64,000 bases of DNA. Source: Emergencia sp. (GTDB lineage Bacteria; Bacillota; Clostridia; Peptostreptococcales; Anaerovoracaceae). The translations under genes and the position numbers were made by a program. Below are positions 9,686-18,615 of the stretch, one piece after another. The notes under the pieces were generated by a model. The model saw only the letters and a program-made list of their open reading frames with translations, was not told where the DNA came from and searched no databases. The stretch's first letter is position 1; each line of letters begins with the position of its first letter. The stretch lies in assembly GCA_051882975.1 (NCBI GenBank), contig JBJESV010000094.1, forward strand, positions 4,194 through 68,193, written 5' to 3'.

Positions 9686-10429
9686 ATGGCAAGACCGAGA
9701 AAGCAGAGAATCGTCAGCTCCATTCCGGGCAGCGAAGGTTTCGTTCCGCTGGGCTGTATCCGCAGCCAGTGCGGTCAGGTCATCATGACTGTAGATGAAT
9801 ACGAGACACTCCGTCTCATCGACTATACGGGGCTGACACAGGAGGAATGCGCAGCAAAGATGCAGGTTTCCCGGCCCACAGTCACCGGAATCTATGAATC
9901 GGCAAGATTCAAGATTGCCGACGCACTGGTCAATGAGAAGCTGCTTCTTATCGAAGGCGGCGATTACGACTTTTATCACGAAAATATCAGAACAGCGAAA
10001 ATCGAGGAGGATCACAGCATGAAAATTGCAGTTACTTACGAGAACGGCCAGATCTATCAGCACTTCGGCCATTGTGAAAATTTTAAAATCTATGATCTGG
10101 AAGACGGAAAGATCGTGTCTTCCCGCGTTGAGAATGCGGCAGGCAGCGGTCACGGCGCCCTGGCAGGTTTCCTGAAAAACCTGGGTGTCGATGTGCTCAT
10201 CTGCGGCGGAATCGGCGGAGGCGCCCAGACGGCGCTGGCAGAAGCCGGAATCCGTCTCTACGGCGGCGTATCCGGAGATGCCGATGCGGCAGCAGAGGCG
10301 CTGGCAGAAGGCACCCTGCAGTATAACGCCAATGTACAGTGCACCAGCCACGGACACGGCGCAGGCCATTCCTGCGGCAGCGGCCACGGACACGGCGGCT
10401 CCTGCGGCAGCGGCGGATGCCATAAATAA
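9686..10429 (+). CDS. DUF134 (HTH)-NifB/NifX FeMo-cofactor-binding-family fusion with a His/Cys/Gly-rich tail
   Basis: MARPRK...EYETLRLIDYTGLTQEECA...SRPT (DUF134); MKIAV...HFGHC...GGIGGGA (NifB/NifX); start at 9686 behind GAGGAGG. Confidence 0.85.
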   Translation: MARPRKQRIVSSIPGSEGFVPLGCIRSQCGQVIMTVDEYETLRLIDYTGLTQEECAAKMQVSRPTVTGIYESARFKIADALVNEKLLLIEGGDYDFYHENIRTAKIEEDHSMKIAVTYENGQIYQHFGHCENFKIYDLEDGKIVSSRVENAAGSGHGALAGFLKNLGVDVLICGGIGGGAQTALAEAGIRLYGGVSGDADAAAEALAEGTLQYNANVQCTSHGHGAGHSCGSGHGHGGSCGSGGCHK

Positions 10430-10444
10430 CAGTCTGTACCCAGC

Positions 10445-10485
10445 AGGGGCGCTGTGCTGACGAAAATCGTCAGTACAGCGCCCCT
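10445..10485. terminator. Long bidirectional hairpin terminator
   Basis: AGGGGCGCTGTGCTGACG-AAAAT-CGTCAGTACAGCGCCCCT. Confidence 0.75.
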
Positions 10486-10522
10486 CTTTCATCTGATATC
10501 TCCTTTCCGGCCTCTGGGCACG

Positions 10523-11398
10523 CTATGAGACGAAGCGCTTTTCTTCCTCTGCGATCAGGATCTGATCTTTTTCCCGGTCATAATAATACACGCTGTCAGA
10601 AAGCACCTCCTGCTCATCCACCACTTCCCTGTTTGCAGTCCGGACCGTGTTTTTCAGAGCACCGATATCATGGTCCTCTGCAGGCAGAATGAAGACCTCA
10701 TGGATAGAAGAAGGAAGAATGTACAGATCATCTTTCACCTCAGCGGCAATCCTGTGAAGGACGCCGCTGTAAAGCATTGCTGCGGCGCCCAGGGTATGAA
10801 GCCGGTTGCTCAGAGAAATCATCACGCCGCATGCGGCATCAACTGCAGCAGGCAGCATTTTCGGCGTGTTCTCCACAGCAATTCTGAACAGTTCCTCTTC
10901 GGACAGCTTCAGTTCAGCTGCCAGTTCATCGGTGATGATCGCGGACTGCATGCCGCCCCGGGGATCCGCAGTCATGAGACGGTAGATCAGAGTCATATCC
11001 AGGAAGGGCCGGCTGGGCACCTGTGACCTGAGCTGACAGTTGCGCTCCGTGCTGATCAGACAGAAGATCACCTTTGACTCGGGATTCTCCAGATCCTTCA
11101 GCGGATTATACCCGTCCAGCTGATCCATACATTCGGTGAAGACCTTTCCTGCCTCCATCAGAACCTGGTGCATGTCTCCCAGCTGAGTATAACGCACATA
11201 CAGTTCCTGCAGGTACAGTGTCGGTACTGCACCGCTTTTGTCTGGTGAAATCAGATGCATTCCTTCCTGAAAGCCGTTGACTTTAGGAATCTGCGTGATC
11301 ATGATCTCCCAGTCTCTGTACTTCTCCGGCAGACAGTTCAAAAACTCCTTCTTTACTGTTTCTTTGAATTCCTCATAGGATTTAATCTTCTCTTTCAT
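10523..11398 (-). CDS. DUF5688-family protein
   Basis: N-terminal YEEFKETVK...KVNG and C-terminal GAAAMLY...LYILPSSIHEVFILP...VLSDSVYYYD pattern. Confidence 0.7.
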   Translation of the reverse strand: MKEKIKSYEEFKETVKKEFLNCLPEKYRDWEIMITQIPKVNGFQEGMHLISPDKSGAVPTLYLQELYVRYTQLGDMHQVLMEAGKVFTECMDQLDGYNPLKDLENPESKVIFCLISTERNCQLRSQVPSRPFLDMTLIYRLMTADPRGGMQSAIITDELAAELKLSEEELFRIAVENTPKMLPAAVDAACGVMISLSNRLHTLGAAAMLYSGVLHRIAAEVKDDLYILPSSIHEVFILPAEDHDIGALKNTVRTANREVVDEQEVLSDSVYYYDREKDQILIAEEEKRFVS

Positions 11399-11520
11399 TT
11401 TTCATTTCCTTTCCGGCCGCGCCGCGAATGGCGCGGTCTGTCTAAATAAAAAGACTGCTTCCGTATTTCTGTGGAAACAGTCTCTGCTCTTTCGTATGCA
11501 GCTGTAAATTCTGATGCCTC

Positions 11521-12024
11521 TTATCTGTAGTCGCTGATGCTGCCGTAGAAGAAGGATTTTTCATCTATGGCGCGCATGGTCGCCAGAATTCCGTCCAGAT
11601 GATCGTATTCGTGCTGGATCAGTTCAGACAGATCTCCCGTCAGATGCATAGTCTGACGGTGCCAGTCGGAATCCAGATACTCAACGGTGCACTCCCTGTA
11701 ACGCTGTACACGCACCAGAAGTCCCGGGAAAGACATGCAGTCGTCCATGACCGTCATTTTCTCCTCACCTGGAAAATGCAGCACCGGATTGATCAATACG
11801 GTCGGACTGTCCGTATACATATACAGCAGCCTCTTCTGCACACCGATCTGCGGCGCAGCGATAGCCCGTCCTGCACCGTGGACTCTCCTGTACTCCATCA
11901 GCGTATCGTGAAGATCGCAGACCACCTTTTCGATCTCTCCGATGTTCTCTTTTCTGTATTCCGTGCAGACCACGTACAGTCTCGGATCTCCCAGCTGTAT
12001 AATATCCCTGATCATTGTGCTCAC
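11521..12024 (-). CDS. def: Peptide deformylase (variant motifs)
   Basis: GRAIAAPQIG, DDCMS (in place of EGCLS), QHEYDHLDG. Confidence 0.85.
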   Translation of the reverse strand: MSTMIRDIIQLGDPRLYVVCTEYRKENIGEIEKVVCDLHDTLMEYRRVHGAGRAIAAPQIGVQKRLLYMYTDSPTVLINPVLHFPGEEKMTVMDDCMSFPGLLVRVQRYRECTVEYLDSDWHRQTMHLTGDLSELIQHEYDHLDGILATMRAIDEKSFFYGSISDYR

Positions 12025-12078
12025 CTCGCTTTATACACATTTTACCATATGCTCCGCACGATTTCAACGGTCATGTCT

Positions 12079-12450
12079 TTAATACGGTACATGCTCATAT
12101 CGGGAAAGGACTTTCAGCTTTCCCCGCTGCAGAGTCACGGTGACCGCCGGCCTGCCTTCGTTTTCTCCCTCAAAGGTTATCTCCATCCGGGTCTCTTCGG
12201 CATTCCCCTTCTCAGGCAGATTCAGTCGCAGGATCTCCTCCGATTTTTCTCTGGCCCGTTCCCTGTCAAAGCGAAGCAGGCCGTCCCCGTACAGACTTTC
12301 ATCGAAACAGATGCCGGCAGTGGCAGCGGCCTCATCAGCTGCGTTTTTCAGTTCTGCTTTCTCCCGCAGCAGACTGTTTATCTGAAACTGCCAGCTCATG
12401 ATGTTCAGCATCAGAAGTACAGCTCCCGCCGTGATGATAAAGTTTTTCAT
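12079..12450 (-). CDS. Tad-locus minor pilin-like protein (TadE/TadG-like)
   Basis: N-terminal hydrophobic helix, LKNAADEAAATAG helix typical of TadE/G-type proteins; last gene of the Tad-like operon. Confidence 0.5.
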   Translation of the reverse strand: MKNFIITAGAVLLMLNIMSWQFQINSLLREKAELKNAADEAAATAGICFDESLYGDGLLRFDRERAREKSEEILRLNLPEKGNAEETRMEITFEGENEGRPAVTVTLQRGKLKVLSRYEHVPY

Positions 12451-12452
12451 AC

Positions 12453-12848
12453 TTACCTTCCTATATATTCACTGGTAGTGAACCGGTGAATCGTATAGCT
12501 GAACTGATTTTCTGATTCGTCTATATTCCAGAACTGCGGCATGGTGATGATATCCCGCACGGGCACCTCCACCCGGTACTCCACCAGCTGTCCGCGCCGC
12601 ACAGCCGCCTGATCTCCCTGAATCCTGATATCAGAAGAGGTACATTTCAGGATGCCCGCCAGTTCTTCCTGAAGATGCGTCCGGTTGGTCTGTGAGACGC
12701 AGCCTTCCTGTTTGACAATCTCCCGAAAATTGTTCACAGCCTGATCCACCGCAGTGATCCGGTTGTGCAGGATCTGATTCTGCGTAAACTGCAGGACGAA
12801 AACCAGCAGGATCATGATGCAGGCCATGCTGGTGATCAGATTCTTCAT
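12453..12848 (-). CDS. Tad-locus minor pilin-like protein (TadE-like)
   Basis: N-terminal hydrophobic helix then a small soluble domain; ATGA overlap with the upstream gene. Confidence 0.5.
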   Translation of the reverse strand: MKNLITSMACIMILLVFVLQFTQNQILHNRITAVDQAVNNFREIVKQEGCVSQTNRTHLQEELAGILKCTSSDIRIQGDQAAVRRGQLVEYRVEVPVRDIITMPQFWNIDESENQFSYTIHRFTTSEYIGR

Positions 12849-12991
12849 CTTCCTTCCTCCTGATACATCTCTATGGTCTTTTCAAACCACTGTCCCCCTG
12901 CGCTTTTCAGACTGTCCTCATCTCCTGCGATCATGCCGAAGATGAGACAGGCGAGTATGACAGTTCCCATTATAATGACGATTTCCTTCAT
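12845..12991 (-). CDS. Small Flp-like pilin (48 aa)
   Basis: Not in the ORF track; hand-translated MKEIVIIMGTVILACLIFGMIAGDEDSLKSAGGQWFEKTIEMYQEEGR; paralogous to the upstream small gene; its stop overlaps the next ATG. Confidence 0.65.
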   Translation of the reverse strand: MKEIVIIMGTVILACLIFGMIAGDEDSLKSAGGQWFEKTIEMYQEEGR

Positions 12992-12995
12992 CGCT

Positions 12996-13154
12996 TCACT
13001 CTCCTATTTCCAGAGAATCTATGCTCTCTATCCCCTGTTCCACCAGTTTCTGTGCCGCCCCCTGCAGGGAGGTGTCGCTGTCGCCCAGCACCATGGTGTT
13101 GACAATCACCACGCCCAGCAGGATGGTTCCGATGATGATGATCAGATTTTTCAT
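12996..13154 (-). CDS. Small Flp-like pilin (52 aa)
   Basis: MKNLIIIIGTILLGVVIVNTMVLGDSDTSLQGAAQKLVEQGIESIDSLEIGE; GGAG RBS; follows the TadB/TadC-like genes. Confidence 0.65.
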   Translation of the reverse strand: MKNLIIIIGTILLGVVIVNTMVLGDSDTSLQGAAQKLVEQGIESIDSLEIGE

Positions 13155-13173
13155 TTTTCTCCTCCAATTCTCC

Positions 13174-13764
13174 TCAGAATACCTGTCCCAGCATCTGAAG
13201 TGTGTCCATGAAAACAACTACAACGGTAAAATTCAGCAGGATCGCGAAGATCGTCGCTGCCGCGGCCATTGTGGTGACCAGGCTCCGCCGTTCCGCACGC
13301 TGCATCCCCTTTGTCATCCTCTCAGAGGCGAAAGTCTCCTCAAATGCGTCCATATGGCCGATCAGTTCTGCAGGATTCACCTGGTCGATTCTGGAAAGGA
13401 CAAAGGAGAAGTGCCTGGCCGCCTTGACCGGGATTCTCTGATAGAGAATGTCAAAGGATTCCCGTCCCCGCCCGCTTCTCCATGCGGACAGAATATCCGC
13501 ATAGACCGTCTGCAGCGGCCGGCTGCATTCCATCAGCTGCTCAAGCATAAAGTCGCAGGACATGGGCTGGTTTCTGTGAACGATAGCCAGATTTTTCAGC
13601 ACGATGCAGCTGTTGAAGATCTCCCTCTCCAGCCGGTCTGTCTGCAGCCTGTTCCACAGTGTACCCATCCGCATATTTCCCTGCTTTTTCAGTTCCGGCG
13701 CCAGTTTCCTGCTGTATCCTGACAGTCTCCTGATCTTAAATAAAGCAGTAGTTCGGATCAGCAT
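13174..13764 (-). CDS. TadC-like pilus platform protein
   Basis: Helical T2SSF-like region ending in a C-terminal transmembrane segment; follows the TadB-like gene; GGAGG RBS. Confidence 0.55.
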   Translation of the reverse strand: MLIRTTALFKIRRLSGYSRKLAPELKKQGNMRMGTLWNRLQTDRLEREIFNSCIVLKNLAIVHRNQPMSCDFMLEQLMECSRPLQTVYADILSAWRSGRGRESFDILYQRIPVKAARHFSFVLSRIDQVNPAELIGHMDAFEETFASERMTKGMQRAERRSLVTTMAAAATIFAILLNFTVVVVFMDTLQMLGQVF

Positions 13765-13802
13765 CCGTCTCACCTCCTTCCGTTTTTCTTCAATTCAGCC
13801 TC

Positions 13803-14759
13803 CTATATATCCATCTTTTCTCTTGAAAAGAACACGTTGATCAGGATGCCGGCGCCATAGAGCATCACTATGATCAGAAACCACTTCAGTCCCAGCGGTG
13901 TACCCAGCTGATATCTGATGAACTTCCCCGGTGTAAAGCCGAAGTACCTGCATGCGCCTGCCGCAGAGAGGAAGAAAGTGACTGGAGCCAGATATTTCAG
14001 CATAAGCCGGGCTTCGTTGTTCTCTCTCTTTCCGTGTTCAACCACCTGTCTGCTCTTTGCAATGCATGCCTGCAGATCCTCCAGAGCCGTATCCACCCTG
14101 ACGCCATACATGTATGAAAAGAAGATGTTCGACGCGAGAACACTGCCCCAGGTCGTATCGATGGAAAACCGGAACACAGACAGAAGATCCTCCACTTCCT
14201 CTCTGGTTACAGCGGTATGAAACCCTTTGGCAAGGTTCAGAAGCAGTCTTCTGCCGCCAGGCGCATCTTCAATGGTCGCCGCGGTCACTTCGATGGCCTC
14301 CTTCATATTGCATCCGTAGATCTTATAGTTGTTGAGAATTTCCTGCACCAGGATGTCTCCTTCCCTTGACCTCTCCACGCGCCTGTTATACAGCCGGGCA
14401 TTGAGGATGCAGTAGGGCATCGCAGCCGCAAAGATCCCGCAGGGCATCGCCATGGATGACGCCCCTGCAAGAGAGAGGATACCTGCTGCCCCGCAGCCGC
14501 ATACCATGCTGAACACGAGAAAATGGCCGGGAGAAGCGAAGAGACTCTGCGCCTCTGCGCCTTCCACGAGCAGCTGTATGTGCCGCTCTGCCGGACTCTG
14601 TCTTTTCAGCCGGCGGTCATCTGTCAGGCGAGACAGGTTCCGGTGCACTGCAAAACGGCTGCGCACGCTTATCGCCAGATATTCCATCAGAGGCCAGACA
14701 GCCAGCGCCACACCTGCAAAGTACAGGATATACAGAAGTTTTATCACATTCATCTGCAT
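13803..14759 (-). CDS. TadB-like pilus platform protein
   Basis: N-terminal TM, TM pair, cytoplasmic helical domain, C-terminal TM pair; directly after the CpaF-like ATPase. Confidence 0.6.
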   Translation of the reverse strand: MQMNVIKLLYILYFAGVALAVWPLMEYLAISVRSRFAVHRNLSRLTDDRRLKRQSPAERHIQLLVEGAEAQSLFASPGHFLVFSMVCGCGAAGILSLAGASSMAMPCGIFAAAMPYCILNARLYNRRVERSREGDILVQEILNNYKIYGCNMKEAIEVTAATIEDAPGGRRLLLNLAKGFHTAVTREEVEDLLSVFRFSIDTTWGSVLASNIFFSYMYGVRVDTALEDLQACIAKSRQVVEHGKRENNEARLMLKYLAPVTFFLSAAGACRYFGFTPGKFIRYQLGTPLGLKWFLIIVMLYGAGILINVFFSREKMDI

Positions 14760-16192
14760 CCCTCCCTGTAGTATGCCGGAAAGACGACCTGATCGCCCTC
14801 CATCGGATCTGCCTCAGACAGTTCTGACAGCAGTTCCGTCATCGCACAGATTTTCTCTCTTTCCTGGGGATATTTGGTCAGCTTGCTCTTTCCTCCCTCC
14901 CTGTTCCACAGCCACTTTCCCCGCTGAAAATCATAGCTGCAGACACGTCTTGCCGCAACCTGATCCTTTTCCGCATCATAGGAGTATTCTATGATGCCTC
15001 TCATGATCTTCCTGCTTTTATCTCCGGGAAACTGGCTCAGTTCAATGACATAGTCGAAATTCTTGTAGACCTGTGCGATCAGCTCCCTGATATCTCCTCC
15101 GTAGACCTCCCGGATCCTGGCGGCCATCTTGTACGGCACATTGATGCCGTCGTGATCGTGGATCGTGGCCTTGCTTCTGGCTGTGCCTGTGGATGTGATC
15201 TCCAGCGCCAGATGAAAAGCTGCAGCATCCCGCATCTCTTCCAGCAGAATATAGTCATTGTCGCCGCGCAGCAGAGATTTGGTGATGGAGTCCAGTTTCT
15301 CTCCGTCGGCAATCAGCTGCATGACAGGCGCATCCGGCATGATCCGGTGCCAGGGGGTTTCCGGGTCTGTCGCAACAGCCACCCCTTCAAGAGAAGGATC
15401 CTCATACCTCTGCCATACCTGCAGAAAGGTGGTCTTGCCCGAACGCACCTGCCCGGTAAACAGCACATTGAATCCGATTCCGATCATCTGGAGAAACAGC
15501 GGGATCGCCTGGAAGGGGATCGTTCCCTTTTCGGCCAGATTCTCAAAGGTCAGATCCTGCAGTACATACTTTCTGAAAACCATGACATCCTGTCCCTCTT
15601 TCGTCCTGTCGCCGGAATAGATGGTGATCCGTATGCCGTTATGCAGGTAGACCTCGTGGAATCCGTATTCCAGCCGTTCATAAGGTGTCGCCAGAAGCAG
15701 CGTCCGCTTCAGCTGCTGCCTTCGCCGGGCGCTGATACGCTGCGGCTGAAGGCAGGCTTTGCCGTCGATAAGACAGTACAGCCTGTCTCCGATGAGCTTG
15801 GCCGAAGAAGAATTTCTGTATTTCTCGTCCATGTCGTAGGCCCATGGAGCCAGTCCAGCCAGCCCGTAGAGTTCGGCAAATACCCCTTCGTACAGGCTGG
15901 GATACCAGTCCGGAAACCAGCTGTCGGACAGCTTTTTGTCCCGGAGAATCTCTTTAATCTTCTCTTTATAAAAAGAAGTCTCCGCCTCTGCACCCATGAT
16001 TGCCAGCTTTTCCTTTTCCAGCTTCCGGTTTTTGGCCGCATCATCTGTTTCGTTCCACTCCTTGTCGAACTCCGTCTCCACAATACGGCACACCTGAAAA
16101 AAGCGCTCAAGGTCGTCCGGCCGTCTGTCGTTTTCAGTCTGCAGCACGCGGCTCATGTATTCTTCCAGACAGAATTCTTTTTCAGTTTCCAT
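14750..16192 (-). CDS. CpaF/TadA-family pilus assembly ATPase
   Basis: Walker A GQVRSGKTT, Walker B-like YILLEEMRD, TGTARSKATIH His-box region. Confidence 0.85.
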   Translation of the reverse strand: METEKEFCLEEYMSRVLQTENDRRPDDLERFFQVCRIVETEFDKEWNETDDAAKNRKLEKEKLAIMGAEAETSFYKEKIKEILRDKKLSDSWFPDWYPSLYEGVFAELYGLAGLAPWAYDMDEKYRNSSSAKLIGDRLYCLIDGKACLQPQRISARRRQQLKRTLLLATPYERLEYGFHEVYLHNGIRITIYSGDRTKEGQDVMVFRKYVLQDLTFENLAEKGTIPFQAIPLFLQMIGIGFNVLFTGQVRSGKTTFLQVWQRYEDPSLEGVAVATDPETPWHRIMPDAPVMQLIADGEKLDSITKSLLRGDNDYILLEEMRDAAAFHLALEITSTGTARSKATIHDHDGINVPYKMAARIREVYGGDIRELIAQVYKNFDYVIELSQFPGDKSRKIMRGIIEYSYDAEKDQVAARRVCSYDFQRGKWLWNREGGKSKLTKYPQEREKICAMTELLSELSEADPMEGDQVVFPAYYREGCR

Positions 16193-16926
16193 AAGCTTCC
16201 TCTCTTTTCTTCCTTTTCACCAGGCTCGAAACAGTCCGTGATCCTGTCCACGGCCTTTCCAAAGCGCCGGAAACGACGCAGCGTTTTCCCCTCCAGTTCC
16301 GCCTGCCATCCGTATTCGATATACGGCACGGTAAAAGCCTCCTCCTGCCCGCAGAGCTGCAGGATATCATGCTTCAGAAGCAGAGAAGGATCTCTGATAT
16401 ATTTGTTGATGATCAGCTTTCCTTCTATGCCGAGGGGCTCCGTGATGTTCTTTCTGAGCAGTTCCAGTCTGCGGATCGATTTGGACTGCTGCGTGGTCAC
16501 AAAGAACCGGTGCTCTGACGTGTTCAGGCCCGAAATCATCAGCCCCAGATTGGCATCATCTCCACCGTCCAGAATCACATAGTCAAACTGTTCCTCCACG
16601 GCGGACAGCATGACCTCATATGTGTTTTCCGGGAAATATTTCGCCGTCAGGGGGTTTCTTACTCCCGGCAGCACATAGATCCCCCGGACTTCCTCAACCG
16701 ACTGCTGGATATCCTCATAGGTGACTCTGCCGCTGATGATGCCGGCTTTCAGGTCATCGATGGAATGTCTCTGCCCGATTCCCGAAAACTCCTCTCCGTA
16801 TTTGCCGCTGCCCATGATCAGCAGCACTCTCTTCTTTCTCTCCTGAAGGCTCTCTGCCACAGACCTGGCCAGCATGGTGGTTCCGGCCTGACTGTCACCT
16901 CCGAAAAAACCGAGTATCCTTTTCAT
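16153..16926 (-). CDS. CpaE/TadZ-like MinD/ParA-family protein
   Basis: Degenerate P-loop GGDSQAGTT, FDYVILDGG, LIINKY; directly upstream of the CpaF-like gene. Confidence 0.75.
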   Translation of the reverse strand: MKRILGFFGGDSQAGTTMLARSVAESLQERKKRVLLIMGSGKYGEEFSGIGQRHSIDDLKAGIISGRVTYEDIQQSVEEVRGIYVLPGVRNPLTAKYFPENTYEVMLSAVEEQFDYVILDGGDDANLGLMISGLNTSEHRFFVTTQQSKSIRRLELLRKNITEPLGIEGKLIINKYIRDPSLLLKHDILQLCGQEEAFTVPYIEYGWQAELEGKTLRRFRRFGKAVDRITDCFEPGEKEEKRGSLWKLKKNSVWKNT

Positions 16927-16936
16927 ATTCCCTCCT

Positions 16937-17485
16937 TCAGTTATAGATTATTACCATCTTTTCTCCCTGTCCGCCCAGTTCGGAGAGCCGCTCCGCCTGA
17001 CGGTCATTCACCACGACCTCCAGCGATTTTTCCTCCCGGCTCACATAAGATACAAAAGCAGAGGTCACGAAACTTCCTCCGCAGAAAAAGTATGCCCGGT
17101 CCCCTCTTGCGAGACTGGAGGGCAGAACCGCCAGCCATTCAGACGGTACGGAGAGTATGTACTTCCCCTGCTGCGCATTGGCGCCAAGGCCTTCTTCCCG
17201 GAAATATTCCCCGAAGAGAGGAACATTTCTGTGTATAAAAAAAGCTGCCTCACGGCCGATGACAAGTTCTCTGTCTCCTGCCCGCATGCAGTCTTCCTCT
17301 GTTACATCCATATTCCTCACCGCAACCATCTCTCCGGTTATGACGGTTCCTTTTTCCACATTGCAGGTCAGCACCAGCACCTCCTCATAGAGGAAGCGGT
17401 TCTTTCCCCATTTTTCCCAGGTTACCAGGGCGGCAATGCTGACTGCTATGAGCAGCACGCCTATCACTCTCTTGCCCCGTTCCAA
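16937..17485 (-). CDS. CpaB/RcpC-like SAF-domain protein
   Basis: N-terminal TM, VLVLTCNVEKGTVITGEMV SAF-like motif; TTG start behind an AAGGAG RBS. Confidence 0.6.
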   Translation of the reverse strand: MERGKRVIGVLLIAVSIAALVTWEKWGKNRFLYEEVLVLTCNVEKGTVITGEMVAVRNMDVTEEDCMRAGDRELVIGREAAFFIHRNVPLFGEYFREEGLGANAQQGKYILSVPSEWLAVLPSSLARGDRAYFFCGGSFVTSAFVSYVSREEKSLEVVVNDRQAERLSELGGQGEKMVIIYN

Positions 17486-17489
17486 TTTC

Positions 17490-18458
17490 TCACTCCTTTC
17501 TATGCATGTCCCAATAGCCGTGTCTGTCATCGATGATGATCTGCCGGATGCAGCTGCAGTGCTTTCCGTCGATGACAGCAGAAAATATAAAGGTGAGCCG
17601 CACAGGCCCGTCCGCACCCCACCTTCCGATCATGGTGCCGTCAAACAGACTGCCCGCATACTGTCCTGCCGCTGCCCGCAGCGTCGTTCCATAGGGTTCG
17701 CCTTCTATCCTCACACTGACGGAGGCCGGCAGCTGCTCCCCCTGACATGCTGCTTCCAGAACAAAACGTTCTCCTGACCAGAAGCAGTCCTCACTGCGAA
17801 GCAGATCCGTCCTTCCTCTGTCACGGCACCACCGGTTGAATGCGATCCTGTTCTTCTCCCAGTCTGCTGTATGCTTCACGGCTGCAGCAATGGCAGGCTC
17901 AGTCTTTTCAGACTCTCCGCTCTCCGCAGGACGCTCCGGAGGCACCGTATCCGGCGACTGCAGATCTCTCACTCTGATGGTCAGCGTGAACCATATGGTC
18001 CTGTAATAATATCGGGCAAATCCCGCCGCGACTTTACCCGCGCTTGTCTTCCAGCGGTAAGTCAGATAGCCTTTCACCTGATAGTCTCCCGGCGAATCAA
18101 ACTGCAGCACCGCCCGGCTGCTTTCATACTCTTTTCCTTCTGCCGTAATGAGATAGCGGTAAACTCCCTCATAGGTGTAGAGCGCATACCGGTTATGCTC
18201 CTTTGCATATCCGGTAAAATCTCCCGGATTTCCGGTGTTTTTCAGTGTGACCGCAGCAGTATCGCCTGTATTGATCAGATAGTCTGACGCAGTCATGGTT
18301 CCTGTGCATTTAAGATCCGCTGTGGATCCGGGAATCAGAGCCAGGCCTTCTCCCAGAGTTCCTGACAGGATATATCCTGCACAGGCAGTGCCTGTAACAA
18401 GGACAAAAGCTGCTGCCGGCAGAAGAAGAAACAGACAGTTCTTTCTTTTTTTCCTCAT
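17490..18458 (-). CDS. Secreted hypothetical protein of the Tad-like locus
   Basis: Signal peptide MRKKRKNCLFLLLPAAAFVLVTGTACA; C-terminal KHTADWEKNR...FWSGERFVLEA...YWDMHR; start trimmed to the ATG behind AAGGAGG. Confidence 0.65.
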   Translation of the reverse strand: MRKKRKNCLFLLLPAAAFVLVTGTACAGYILSGTLGEGLALIPGSTADLKCTGTMTASDYLINTGDTAAVTLKNTGNPGDFTGYAKEHNRYALYTYEGVYRYLITAEGKEYESSRAVLQFDSPGDYQVKGYLTYRWKTSAGKVAAGFARYYYRTIWFTLTIRVRDLQSPDTVPPERPAESGESEKTEPAIAAAVKHTADWEKNRIAFNRWCRDRGRTDLLRSEDCFWSGERFVLEAACQGEQLPASVSVRIEGEPYGTTLRAAAGQYAGSLFDGTMIGRWGADGPVRLTFIFSAVIDGKHCSCIRQIIIDDRHGYWDMHRKE

Positions 18459-18577
18459 AATCCTCCTTTCACATATAGTGCAAAACGCCCGTAAAGGGCG
18501 TCTTGTACAACTCCGGAAAACGGAAAAGAGACCGCATTGCGATCTCTTTACATTTACTTCCATTTTCACCTGGTATC

Positions 18578-18606
18578 ATAATACCACATTATCGATTCCC
18601 CTTCAA
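18578..18606 (-). promoter_or_regulatory. Putative promoter of the Tad-like structural operon
   Basis: TTGAAG-17 nt-TATTAT with extended -10 TG. Confidence 0.5.
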
Positions 18607-18615
18607 GTCCCTTTT

